A stretch of DNA of 53,899 nt, filler included, from Jimgerdemannia flammicorona (taxonomy: Eukaryota): assembly GCA_003990765.1 (NCBI GenBank). It is 3 parts of 3 records of this genome, joined end to end, with 100 filler letters (N's around TTAATTAATTAA, not from the genome) between each part and the next. Parts side by side here need not be neighbours in the genome. Positions count along the whole stretch, not along the records: positions 1 to 17,901 come from RBNJ01002368.1; positions 18,002 to 35,902 come from RBNJ01002369.1; 1 more part is not named here. One strand, 5' to 3'. How positions within the stretch are numbered: position 1 is the first letter of the stretch; every line of letters starts with the position of its first letter. The notes beneath the pieces are model-generated. The model was not told where the DNA came from. It was given only the letters and a program-made list of their open reading frames with translations, and searched no databases. Positions 13,105-25,898 of this stretch are shown piece by piece. Position numbers and translations under genes: made by a program.

Positions 13105-13779
13105 CTTAACTCTCTTCTTCATCTCCACAGCAGTCACTATAGGCACCCCTTTTACTAGATGTTACACCACCCTGGGGTCCCACCTCAAGCAATATGCTAT
13201 CAGAATGTACACCTTCCCAACAGTTAGCCCAGCCTTCAGCACATCCTCCAATGGTCTAGTTTTCTCAAAGTCTACCTCCATCTCTTCCAATTCCTTCAGG
13301 AACTTCACAGATACCACTCCAGCTATCTACTTTACAATTAGCCCTAATATCATTTTCACTATCACTGCCAAATCCCTGAAGCACAAAGTGACTGTGAACT
13401 CCAAGATTGACTTCTTGAGTAATGGGGCTACTGCTAGGCCCATTATACTATCTATCAGGTCTCCCATCTGTCTAAGCCCCATCCTTTCAGCCCTACAATC
13501 AGCAGTTACTACTCTATCAGCAGTCATACCCCCAGCTACTACTCTACCAACATTTCCACCTGATACCTCCAAGGGAGCTCCTTCTGGCCCTCTAGCAGCA
13601 GTCTTCTCCCTCACTGTCTCCTGGCCCTTTCTCAGCCAGCCCTCCAGCCCATTCACTGGCTGACCCCCCTTCACCATATCAGTAAAGCTTGCTCTCTCTA
13701 TCTCTTGTCTTCCAACTCTGCTCTCTTCTCTTCCACATTCTCCCACCAGTAGACCCCTCATACTTTCTCCCAAGCCAGA

Positions 13780-14564
13780 TATAATAACTCTTATTTCTAT
13801 TCCTCTCTGATCCTTTGGATACTTAGGAAAATAAGGTATTACTTAGGGACTTAGTATACAATGTATACTAAGAAGCTTTCAGTTGAGGAAGTGCTCACTT
13901 TAAAGTAGTTATAGTAACAGTATCTTATCTTTCAAAAGTCTTTCTCTGATTTGCCCTATCTTTCAAAAGTCTTATTCTTTACTGTACACAGACTGAATTC
14001 ACCTTGAAATTTAGGTTCAATGAGTTTACTTAAGTCATTGGAGATTTATATACTGGTCTCAGTTCTGGCAGAAGTTAGCTAGGCTTCTAGAGTTTAGTCA
14101 GAAATACTAAAGTCACTTAGGTGTCATTACTAAGACTCAGAGGAATGTGTGTATGTAGGGGGACTTGATTTTTATATCAAGGACTGAACTAAAAACTGCT
14201 TTATTTTGGATGGAAACTGGAAAGTATTTGTATAAGTTGGTCTGCAATTTCTAACTAAGTATGAGTGACTAATTTGGTAACTATAGTGAGGTTTGTGATC
14301 ATGACCTTTGTCAGATAGTTTTTGATAAAAACAACTTTATGATCAGGATCTTAATTACTAGGCAATTATTAGCTGCTATAGTAATAGTTTCTGTAGTGCC
14401 AATTGTCAGAGATAAACTGAATATCATTTTTTGCATCATTTTCTATATTATTTATTTATCATTTATAATATCATATATCATACTCAATTGTATGATGTCA
14501 TCATCAGATCATGTGATCACTTATCTCATCATATCTCATCTGTTTACTCATTTGTTCTATTACA
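13780..14564 (-). repeat. Putative 3' LTR (~785 bp) of the chromovirus
   Basis: On the minus strand it starts TGTAATAG right after the polypurine tract AAGGAGAGAAGGA (14565-14577) and ends ..TTATTATA (degraded TTACA) at the LINE B junction. No second LTR is present to confirm. Confidence 0.6.
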
Positions 14565-14575
14565 TCCTTCTCTCC

Positions 14576-15403
14576 TTATAAATCAATGTTCTTGTTGATT
14601 TGGAAATTGAGAACTAGGGGAGAGAAAGGTAAAGAGTCTTCCTCAGTGTTGTTGCCTTCTCCTTCAGTGGCAGGGGGGATAGTTACTGATGGCTCAGTGT
14701 CCAGGATAGAGAAGTCAATGAGGTCTGCAAATAGTTCTTACATTGGTATGAGTATTGGTATAAAGGTTCTCTATTTAATATAGTTGAGACCATCTAAGTA
14801 GGGTTCCTGATTCTTATGTCTGGGGATATCCATTTGAATGGGTGGTCCTTTAAAGAGATCAGAGAGGCCTTAGAGCCATTGGTCTGAGTTGTTATTTAGG
14901 AGGAAGCTTCAGTGAGATTCATAGTTAGTAGACTTGAGAGTAATTCAGGAGTTGGCTTCTTGGGCTACCTGGATTTCTAGCTTGTCAATCTCAGAAAAGG
15001 AGAGGTTCTGAAAATCCTTCAGTTGGATATAGTTGAGGTTGGGAATTATAAAGAGTATATGGTACATAATTTGATAGACCTTCTTGGCAAGTCTTTACTC
15101 ATACCTGTCCAGGTGGATCTAGTCTGAGATCTGGTCAGTAGGTAGGTCCTTTGTATATTGGTAGAGTTGGTGACCAATTTTGTATTCATGCCAGATCTCT
15201 AGGCAGCTGGTAGCAAGGTAGGCCCTCTCAATGACTTTGTGGCAATTGGAGACATAGTGTCCTAGGTCCTAGCTGGAGAGGTTAAGGGCCTCAGAGTGGT
15301 GGTTTCTTCCTTAGATGGCAACCTGAATATATCCAAAGAGGCAGTCAACCTAGCTTGAAAGGGGCTGGCTATAGCAGGCAGTTTGGCAGTAGGTAGCAGG
15401 CAT
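14576..15403 (-). pseudogene. Candidate degenerate extra ORF (276 codons) between chromodomain and PPT
   Basis: ATG at 15403 is in frame with TAA at 14576, which overlaps the PPT edge; third positions look C-rich; 10 internal stops. Confidence 0.45.
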
Positions 15404-17693
15404 TCTTGTCTTGTCTTTTCTTTGTAAGAAGGAGATAGGAATGGTGGCATGCTCTTTGTATACTTATTTGCCTACCTGGTGTGACTTTTAATCTGATCAC
15501 ACTTTCTAGCAGAATGTGTGACCTATTGCTGTAAGTAGGACATATGCTGATCATATAAGAAAATTCTGATTTCAAAGATATCACCACTTGTAGATATGGT
15601 TACACAGAGTTGACAGATCTTGGTTCTCTTTTTTTTTTTATCTTATTGGTATATTTACAAGGACTGGCCATTCTTGTTTAGGGTGAGGGCTCTTATTATT
15701 ATGACTGGGGGTTTAAACCTCTTGGAAATAGTATTTCTTATAATTTAAGGCAATTTCTAGTAACAATATCTGTCACATAGATGGACTTAGATTGGTTTTG
15801 ATATCATCAGCTTTTCTAAGTTCCATATGAAGCATCTATCATCATCTAGCAGAGATGATACAGATAGCATGAAATGGAGTTGTTCAAATGTATTTTACTA
15901 TACCATGCTAGGTTGTTCTTTGTCTGAGTATCTTCTTATTGATTAATTATAGTGTTCCTTTTCTATAATGTTTAGTATTGTATATTTTGGATAAAATATA
16001 TGGCATTACTGTGTGCTCTAAGCTCTAGAGTTGTAGTTCCTTTCTTTACTAGGGGATGAGAGTTTCCATGTAGTCCTAGAGGGCTTTATATGCATTTTTC
16101 AGAACTTCTTCATTTTTCTAGATAGCATTATAGATGGGGTAACCCTTCCACTTGATGAGAAAAAACCACTTAACTGTTTTGATATATTTGCAGACCTTGT
16201 GGTCAAGTATTTCCTCAATTTCGAATTCCTTATAATCATTGATCCTAACTGGGAGTGGTGGTGGAACTATATACTTGGGAAAAGAATTCTCATAGTAGTC
16301 CACCAATTGGCTGATATAAAATACTGGGTGTACTCAAATATTATAGAGAAGTTACAACTTGTAGTTGACTTTACTGACTTTTTCCACAATCTTATATAGT
16401 CCAATTCTTCTAGTGCAGAGTTTCTTGGCTAGTTGTTATGTCAGAGTGTCTGAGTGAAGGTGGTCTGTTTTAAGCATAACTATGTTATTAATATTATAGG
16501 AGGCTTCTCTTTACTTCAAGTTTGCATACTTGGTCTGATAGTCCTATACTTCTATGAGAGTATCTTTTGTCATTTGAGTAAGGTCAGAAATAGTCTCAGC
16601 CAAATCTTGGGCTGCTGGGACTGCTGATTTCACAGTGGTGCTTGGGGTCCTTGGGTGTTGACCATGATTCAGAAAGAATGGAGTCTTCTTTGTAGAGGTT
16701 TGCTGGCTATTATTGTAGGCAAACTTGGTATAGGCTAGGTACTTGTCTCAGTCATTCTGCTTATAACAGCAGAAGATGCTAAGCATCTGCTTGAGAGTCC
16801 TATTGGTTCACTTGATTTGACTGTCAGTCTGAGAGTAGTAGACAGTAGAGAACTTCCATGAAGAGAGAAGAATGTCTTCCAGAAGTTACTTGTAAACTTT
16901 GCATCTCAGTCAGACATAATGGTACTAGGCATGCCATATAGTCTGAATACTTGATTGAGGAAAATCTCAGCAATCTCTAGTACTGTGATAGTGGTTTTAG
17001 TGGGTACAAAATGGGCTTGTTTGCTTAGGCAGTCCACAAATACCACAATGGCATTCTATCCTGCCTTGGTCTTGGGGAGCTGAATAATGAAGTCCATTGC
17101 AATCTGATCCCAGTTGTGACTTGAGATAGACAGGGGTTGTAGAAGTCCTGCTGATAACTTGTTACTGCTTTTGAATCTTTAGCATATCTTGTATAAGGCC
17201 ACAAAGTCTTTGATATCCTTGGTCATCTTTGGCTAGCAGAACTCTCTTGAGAGGAGATTGTAGATCTTTTCAAAACCAAAGTGTTCTGCTGCAGGAGTAT
17301 CATAGAGATCCTGCATGATCTTGAGCCATAGAGTATTATTGTTAGATACAACTACTCTGTTATAGTCCCTATAGATAAGTCCATTATGATAAGTGAATCT
17401 CTTAGACATTTGCCTCATGGGTTCTGGGACCTTGGCCTCTGGGTTTTGGCAGAATTGAAGGAAATTCACCAGGGGGCTGTCCTGCTGATAGCCATCCTTG
17501 ATCATCTGGGTAAGATCTCCAATTACTTTAAAAATTAAGACAAGTTCATTCTCCATATATCTGGAGAAGCCATCAGCCATATAGTTGGTGTTGCCTGAGA
17601 TATACTTGATTTCTATATCAAAGTTGGCAATGATTGCTATCCAGCAGGTTTGTCTGTAGGTCAGCATGGGCTGTATATAGATGTACCACAGAG

Positions 17694-17901
17694 TGGTTGG
17701 GGGCTATAGGGTGGTTAGAGGCACTGCTTGGTGGAGACAATCTATGGACAGAATGGCAGGAGAGTTGGAGTAGTTGGTGAGAGGGTGATCTTCATTCATG
17801 AAGAGGTGGGGAGGGGCTCCCCTATGAGAATTGGGTAGGGGGTGGTGATAATGTATACTTATTCATAGATGGGTAATAAAGACAGAGTCCAAGTGACTTT
17901 A
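17694..17901 (+). mobile_element. 5'-truncated LINE 3' end inserted into the chromovirus RNase H region
   Basis: Reads GWGL*GG..VGERVIFIHEEVGRGSPMRIG*, then AATAAAGACAGAGTCCAAGTGACTTTA at the contig end. Confidence 0.85.
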
Positions 17902-18001
17902 NNNNNNNNNNNNNNNNNNNNNNNNNNNNNNNNNNNNNNNNNNNNTTAATTAATTAANNNNNNNNNNNNNNNNNNNNNNNNNNNNNNNNNNNNNNNNNNN
18001 N
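17902..18001. other. Artificial contig spacer N44-TTAATTAATTAA-N44
   Basis: Exactly 100 bp, six-frame stop linker, identical at 35903-36002. Confidence 0.97.
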
Positions 18002-21000
18002 CCCCACCCAGCCCCCACCCTCACCACCATCCATTCAAAATATCCAGTAATAACCATTCCCAATGTACCACCTATCCCCAACCCCAAACCACTGGCCCTC
18101 CTCAAATACATATACCCAATGCCCAGCCATCCTAACCCATATAGCCAGAGCCCAACTGAGGGTCAGCCATTCATCCCCAACCCCTCCAACCAGCCTTTGG
18201 CAGAGCTCTCCCCATCTCCCCCCTTCTCCTCCCTCTAGGGCTTGCAGCCCTAACCAGTCTGTGATATGCCCCCAAAACATCTCCAAAATGTCACACTTGC
18301 CAAGCCAATGTTCAGGCATTTGTATCACTCCCCCTTTCTGTCCAACATCGAAACATTCCTTATACTCAAACATGCCACTGGCCACCAAGTGCCCAGACCA
18401 ATATTTTAACATCACATTCCACTGTAGAACTTGCCACCATACCACCCAAAATTTGAGGGGCAGCCACTGCATCACCTGCTTGCTCCAAAGCCAGAGACCA
18501 TACCAGTCCCACTCCTCACTAATCCCAACCCTCTGCCAGGCTTTAGGCCAAAGATCTTCACCCAAGCCCCACAAACACTCCATACCATCACCAAGCTGGA
18601 AATCCTCCACTAAACCACTGCCCAACAGTAGCCTGTCCCATCACCACCTCCACTCCTTCATCACCCCACCACCAAAGTAATTCTCTTAGCACCATCCACC
18701 ACCCCCCACCAACAGCCCTTATACTGCATCCTCCTGCTTCTATCCATGACCACCATTGCAAACAGGTCACCAGAAACTCCATGAGGGGAATACCAGGTCT
18801 CCCACACCCTCTGCATGAGTGGTACCCACTCCTGGCCCCTCAGCTTGCTCACCCTCCTCAGCCACCAGGCTCACAAGCAATGAAGCCATTTGGTAAATTT
18901 CACTAAACCCAGCCCACCTCTTTCCACTGGTAGGGTAAGAACCTCTCAACCTATCTGACTTTGCCACTCTCTCCAGATCTATGATCTCACCATCTTCAAT
19001 AGCCCACTGACCACCCAAGCTGGGAAGTCCAGATGATACCCCACATATCACAGCTTTGGCAGCCAATACACATTCAGCACCATCACCCTTCCTGCCAAGG
19101 ATATATGCTGACCACCCCATCACAGAAGTACATTTCCCCACTCCAGAAGTCGTTGGTCCCACCATGCATAGGGGAGAAGGGACCCAAACACTGAGAAGTA
19201 GATCTCCAAGTAATGCACTGGCTCTTCTGCCAGCACCACTGTCTCAATCACATCACCACCAAAGATTCCACCATCTAGCACCAGAGTCTCACATTTGTGC
19301 CAATTGAGTTTAGCACCAGATCCTGTCTCATACTATTCAACAGACCTTTGTAATTCCCCCACATCTGCCAATAAGCCCAGTCCAACCACCATGTCATCTG
19401 CAAAGGCCCCCACCTTCCAATTTATCCCTAGAATGTCCAAACTTCCAGTAGGGGCTCCAGAGAGAGGGCATATAAGATGGGTGACAAAGGGTTACCTTGT
19501 GGCACCCCACGACCAAGAGGAAAGGCTACCCCCCTGTGGCCATTGACTATCAATACAGCCTGACTGCTTTCCAAAAGGCCAATCAATAACCTGCAGAACC
19601 CTGGGGGAACACCAAACCATTTCAATACTCCCTCCAACCAGATCCTCCTCACTCTATCATATGCCTTATCCTGGTCCAAAAAGAGCAATTGGCCATCCAC
19701 CTCTGCAGCCTGGGCCCCTTCAATCATACCATATACCCAAGCCTTTCCATCATGGATCAACTGGCCACTAACAAATCCTCATTGCTCCACACCAAGTACT
19801 TGCTGAGCGATTCCCTGCAGCCTCATCACCAATATCTTTGTCACCAGTTTGTAGTCCATGTCAAGTAGCATGATTGGCTGCCAGTTCTTCCAATCTTCCC
19901 ATCTCCCCTTATCCTTATAGAGCAAGGAGACCAGCCCTAGGCGCTGGCCCCCAATCCAAGTTCCAGACTGAAGAATCTCACCATACATATCTGTCATTTT
20001 CTCCAATATCTCACCCACTCCAGCCATCTTCTTCCAAAAATCCCAGGGAAGTCCATTCTCTCCTGGAGCTATCCCCTTACTTGTTGTAGCCAAAACCTTA
20101 CAAATTTCCACTTCTCTCACTGGGTCCCCCAAAGTCCCCAGGCCCATTGCAGGGTCTGGATGCCAATCCCCCAGCTGCCTCTCAATGTTCAAAGCATCCT
20201 CTCCCCCTTTCTCCTTGCTCTACAGATCCCCCCAATGGGTCCTCAGCAATCCCAGAATTGCCAGAGTCCCCACCACTATCTCTCCATCCACATTCAGGAC
20301 TCCATCCCACCACTGCTTTATTTATTATTCTTGTAACATCCATGATAAAAACCTAGTAGGTCTCTCTCCCTCCTCAAGTCCCTGCCACCACAGCCATACC
20401 ACCATCCCCTTCAGCCTAACCTCGTCCTCCCTTCATAACACTTCCTTAAGCTCCTCAACTTCCTTCTGGATCCTCACAATATGCCAGTCAGTTGCCTCCC
20501 AATCTTCTAGCACTCCTGCCCATCTCTCTATGAGCACCACCAATCACTGCAAGGCCCATAGTACCCTCCGCCATCATTGGGCACACCTTCCTTTCCCTGC
20601 TTCCCTCCAGTACCCCTGAGCACTTGCCTTCAGCCTCCTCCAGCAGTCCCCAATCACCAGGCCCCAGTCCCACCATCTTCCAATATTCCCAATAATCTCC
20701 TTTTCCCAGTCCACCCACAAAACCCCATCCTCCAACAAAGAAATATTTTGTTGCCAATGTCCAGGCCCATCCCCACTTCCCCCAAACCTTCCCCCTCCTA
20801 GCAGACCCCAGTGATCTGACCATGGACACCAAACCACCTCCAGCATTGTCTAGAGATCTGCTCTCCAGCAATCTGCCATCAATATCCAGTCAATTCTTGA
20901 GCTCAGCCCTGCTATCCAGTGAGTATAAATTTGACAATTGTCACAAAACCATCTCCCTGAATCAACCAAAGAACTCAGCCTCTCTATATTCAACCAGTCA

Positions 21001-23521
21001 TCCAACCCACTACTCTTGCTCTGCATTCCTCTTCCTCCATCTGTTCTGTCCATCCCCTTATCTCATATCATATTGAAGTCACCCCCCAGGCAGTCCAACC
21101 CCACCTTATCTATGATACCAGCCTCTTTCAAACTGCAAATCCAGTCCACTCATTCCTCTCTCTCTGCTGGGCAGTAACATGACACAACTGTCAACAGGCT
21201 CCATCCAGGCCTCTTTCACACTCCCCATACCAACTGAGACTGCCAATGTCCAATGTCCCCAATGTCCCCCATGCCTTTTTGAATGAGAATAACCACCCTC
21301 CCCATCCATACTGCAGCCCTCCTCCATTCCTTAATCCAATCCTGTAAGTCCACATCTACCTCATAATGAACATCCTGTAGTAAGAAGAGATCTGCATCCA
21401 GTCTCTTTAGACATCCAAATATGTACTTCCTCCTAGCTGCCGCCTGTAACCCATTCACATTCAAAAAGAATATTCTAGTTGTACTCTCATATTGAAAAAA
21501 ATTTGAATTTGAGATCCCAGTCTAGTATTCTATGCTCATCTCATCCCCAGCCAGATCCAAGTGCCGCTCTGCTTCCAAGTCACCCTCTGGGACAGCCTGA
21601 GCATCCAATACCTCCAAGATTTCCTGACATTCCACCCTATCCACCACCTTCATCTCTGACTGGTAGTCTGTGCAGACTGCTCTCTACTTCTCCAATTCCT
21701 TCCTCAAGCTCCACAAGTATGCTGTCTGGTCATTCGCAATCTCCCTAAGTTCCTCCTCCCTCTGATTATCAACTTGGTATTCAATTGATTCCAAAAGGAC
21801 AACCAGGATCTCATTCCTCACCTTTCTTGGTACCTTCTCACCCTGAAGGATTTCCTCCCAATGCCTCTCTTCAATAACCTAGAAGTCCTCTCCCCCCAGC
21901 TCCTCTGCTGCCACCCCTTCCAGAGTCTTCCACAGTCACTTCTCCTCATCCACCACCTCTGCCACACCCTGGGTGACCCAACCACCCCCCACCTCTGGGT
22001 CCACCAAAGTGCTCCTCCTCACTGACTCATCCCACTCCTCATTTGGTATATCCAGTAACTCCTCCTCCCCCTCTGCCCCACTCAGGACACTATACTGAGG
22101 GTGTACTCCTTCACTCATTTTCACATCTACCTCCACACTGCCTTCCCTCTCCTCTCTCAATCCATCCTGTGCCCCACCTTGTACCATCCCACTTCCCCCC
22201 ACCCAGGCACTCTCCAGCAATCCTGTCTTCCCATCCCCTGTACTGCTGTCTGCCCCACCACTGCCCAACTTTGTCAGCAGCCCCTTCTGGATTTTCCTCT
22301 CCTGCATCTTCTCCCAGGTCACCTGATCCATCCTGATCCTCTTCCCATCAACTACTTCCACAACCATCCTGGTCTCATACTCCTTCCAAGCCAATCTCCT
22401 CCTCTCAACTGCTCCTTCCAGATCCTCCAGAGCCTCAAGCAAGTCTTCTTCCTCTTCCTGAGTCCCCTTCACCCTTGTGACCTTACAGTCCACCAGTCTC
22501 CACTTCAGAGTTGCCAGCTAGTCCCTCATCTTCTCCATGTTCTCCTTTCCAGTCAGCCTCACCCAGACATTGATGTCACCAGTCCAGAGCTCTGTACCCT
22601 CCCAGACCTTGAACCCAATATCCACAATCTCTCCATACTCCTTAACTGCCTCCACAATCAACTCTCTAGCCCTCTCCCTTGACACTATAGGAAGATCCAA
22701 CACCATCAACTGCACCACTCAGGGGTCCCAGTGCATGCACCTGGCCATAGAGACTACAACTCTGCCCACTGTTACCCCCTTCTCCATAGCAGCCAGCAAT
22801 GCTTCTTCTTCCTTGAACCCCACCTTGACCCCTTCTTTCCCCTTCAAAAACTTCACCAATGCTGTCCCTTTCGCCTTCTATACTACCAGCCTCAAGATCA
22901 TCCTCACAGTCACCACCAAGCCCCTGAAACACATTGTGATGGTGAATTCTGACCTTGATTTCTTGAGTAATGGTGCCGACACCATGCCCATCACCCAATC
23001 TGCCAAGTCCCTGGGCCTTATGCCCACTCCCTGTCCTGAACCAGTAACTGCTATCATAACTGGATTTTTTTTCCAGATCCCCAGTCACAGCCCCATCAAC
23101 AGTTACATCTCCAGCCCCTACTCCCCCCCCTTTCCTACCACTGGACACTCCCCTGGGCACTCCTTCCTGTCCCCCAGCAGTAGCTGTTGACACCTTCCCT
23201 AGGCCCAGCCAACTATCCAGACTAGAGGCCATTCTCCCCATCTTGATCTTGTCAGTAAAGGTCAACCTCTCCCCTCCTTGCTGCCTCAGGCTGTCCCTCC
23301 CTCAACCACCAGAGCCTTGGCCAGCCATCAAGGCCCCTGATATCCTCAAACCATCTCCCCTCTTCCCCACTTGCTACTTGCCAAAGGCACCACTGCCCCC
23401 CTGGTCAGTATGCTCACCAGTTCAATCATTGCCATCCATATCAATAGTCATCTATCACCAAAAACGTTGTAAAAAGTATTGTCTGAGTCTTGTGTCACCT
23501 GAATGTTACTGGTGAAAAATG
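18002..23521 (-). mobile_element. LINE copy D (divergent subfamily, complete 5' end, 3' end cut by contig start)
   Basis: NVNGL..LFLLQDV (21216-21464), WCPWSDHW, LDQDKAYDRV..GVPQGNPLSPILY (19428-19760), finger ECFDV..PEHWLGKC (18035-18625); ORF1 ATG at 23439; 5' end CATTTTTCACC at 23521. Confidence 0.92.
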
Positions 23522-23689
23522 TGGGTAGATTGTTCTTCAGTGGAGAGAGATAGAGAGTAGGGAGAGAGATCCAAGGGGTATTGGCTGAGGAGTTGCAAGT
23601 ATATGTATATTATTATTTATAGATTGAATGGTAATAAATTGAACTCTGAGTAATTATAAAAAAATAAAAAAAAAAAAAAAAAAAAAAAA
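23522..23689 (+). mobile_element. Short plus-strand LINE 3' end with poly(A), head-to-head with copy D
   Basis: Ends GGTAATAAATTGAACTCTGAGTAATTAT followed by an A run to 23689, a divergent version of the family 3' motif. Confidence 0.65.
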
Positions 23690-25898
23690 GACTTGTCAAA
23701 CAGGAGCATAAGAGTTATACTTTTCAAAAGTATGATTTTTATATAACTTCTCTGCTTTTTTTTCTTTTCTTATTATTTTTATTATTATCTATTATTGCTT
23801 AATAATTCCCTAAATAGCCAAGATTCTCTATAAAGTTATTTCAAGACAAACTTGTTTACTAGATTATCTATAACAGTCAGTTTTTTACAGTTATTGTAAA
23901 TTTAGAGCTAAAAGATCTTTTTTGTCTTCTGAAACTAGATATTACTATTTCTTCTGCTGGAACTATATGAAATGAAAATAGACTGGTCTTTTATCAAAAA
24001 TATAATATCATCAAAATTACACTATAGGTAAGATTTAAATGTTAAATATAAATTTGAATATTTCAAAGTTAAATGGCTTTAAATTAATCTTATTTTGATT
24101 TATTTATTTGGAAATAAAATATATCTGATCAAATATCCTTCACTATTGATACATAGATATTACTAAATATACATACATACATTTCTTAGAATTAATGCAT
24201 ACTAGATTTGTCAAAATTGGTAACTCAACTATATATTGATTGATTTTGTTAAGCTATCAGGATCTCATTTGGGTGAAAATCTTGCTGGTGTCTTTGTGAA
24301 CTGTGTTTGAGATTTTGGTATATAGATAAAGATATATAAAGATCAAGCCTTTCAAAAAGATTATATTTTAAAAAAGTGGAATTTTGGAAAAAGGTCAGAT
24401 TTTTTTAAAAAGGTCCGATTTTTGAAAAAGGTTGGGTTTTTGAAAATAGTTGGGTTTTCAAAATAGGTCAGTTTTAAAAAATATTGAGTTTTCGAAAAAA
24501 GATTATCTTACATTCAAATTATTGATTTTTCACTCTAGATATTAGCTATAACAATAGACAACATATCCAACAATACTATATTTTTTAAACAATTGAGACA
24601 GAGTTTGATCATACTGATCTCAACTATCAGCCAATATAACATATATACTGCCTGGCTTATATTATAAATTTGGCAGATCAGGACTTTTTGGTTTATTTAA
24701 AAGATGATAATGATATGAGTGAATATTATTCTGGAGAAATAATTTCAATTCTCTGATTAATTATTTTAAAGATCCAGCCATCACCTATAATATTGAGAGA
24801 GATTTACTATATCATATAAATCTTTTGGAGTCTGTAATCCAAAAGAACTTATTTTGAATGTTAAAACTTAATAGAATTCAACATATTTAATAGTTGAATG
24901 GGCCGTAGAATTAGTAGAGATAAGCTGATAATATTACATTTAATTTTTTTATTTTTTCGTTTTTTCTTCAAAAAATCTAATGAATTTATTTATTTATAGC
25001 TTTTAATCTCAATAGTTATAGCTGATAAGTAAAAATATACAATAGAAGACTATACTTGATAGATACTAAAAGATATTATTGATATACCAAGGTGCTTTTT
25101 AATAAGCAACAGATCTTGCAGCTTATCATAAATATCTAATAATTTATTCTGCTATTTCTATTTTTCTAGAAATTCAAAAACATACAGAAGAGCTGAATAT
25201 TATTCACCTGACACTAACTGTAGCTATTAATAAGTTGAAGACATATCATTCAATAACAAATACTCTAATTTATTATATTAGTACTAGTAAGTTAATATTT
25301 TAAAATTTGCTCAATATCAGAGACATTATAAATCTATTTTAAAATTTACTTAGTATTGGAAAAAGTTTATTGACCACTACTAATTTATTTTAATTTCATT
25401 TTTTAATGAAATCCAGTACACAATCCCAGACTTAAGCTAGAATATTATTTATCACACAATTGGAAAGACATTTGAATTGAAGAGGCTAAAGAAAAACTTT
25501 ATATAGTTTATAATAAAAACTATACTCCTCCATCTGGATCAATTAATCAAATAAGTTCTGAAGATCATAAAGAGGTAGGAGATAATGTTGATTCGGCACT
25601 ATATAAATATATATTATATATATTCAACAATAGATAGACAAAAACTGACAACAAAATCTGAGCAGGAGATATATACTTATTTGAAAAGTAAAACTATTAA
25701 ATTTCAAGCAAGAGTTGATATATTATCTTGATAACAAGTAAGTTGAGAATCATATTTGAATTAGGTCAATTCAAAATATTATTTAAGTTTCTCTAATTAA
25801 TTTAATTGATTGGGAATATTAGGGTTATAGTGGAGATTTCCCAAATTTAGCAAAAATGATATATAACTACTTAGCTCTCTCAATAATAAATAGTCTAA
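23690..25898 (+). pseudogene. Intron-containing hAT transposase relic
   Basis: Exon translations ISFTIDT*, LIDFVKLSGSHLGENLAGVF, ILAITIDNISNN, CLAYIINLA, VKT**NST (TRWNST), PRLKLEYY..W and dimerization-domain FPNLAKMIYNYLAL; GT-AG introns at 23730-23817 and starting at 24028, ~25287 and ~25738. Confidence 0.88.
24350..24500. repeat. Degenerate ~18-20-bp minisatellite inside a hAT intron
   Basis: About 7-8 imperfect units of TTTTGAAAAAGGTTGGG / TTTTTAAAAAGGTCCGA. Confidence 0.65.

Larger units (their letters stand above)
6816..13778 (-). mobile_element. LINE copy B (hosts copy C; 5' end cut off by an LTR at ~13780)
   Basis: Colinear with copy A through ORF2 and ORF1 (ORF1 ends DLAQEEINMEQ* near 10610); resumes at 13105 after the nested insert. 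Confidence 0.92.
13780..17693 (-). mobile_element. Ty3/Gypsy chromovirus, 3' part (RNase H end, integrase, chromodomain, 3' region, LTR)
   Basis: FDIEIKYISGNTNYMADGFSR and HFGFEK in ORF 17233-17667; IAMDFIIQLPKT..IVVFVDCLSKQAHFVP near 17000-17100; chromodomain FEIEEILDH..FLIKWKGYP in ORF 16118-16306. Confidence 0.9.

Noticed and set aside
1..17901. Alternative genetic code to explain in-frame stops
   Set aside because: Stops of all three types vary between copies and align with Trp, Gln or Arg codons in sister copies, consistent with mutation.
17946..17957. TTAATTAATTAA palindrome (also 35947-35958)
   Set aside because: Synthetic six-frame stop linker, not biological.
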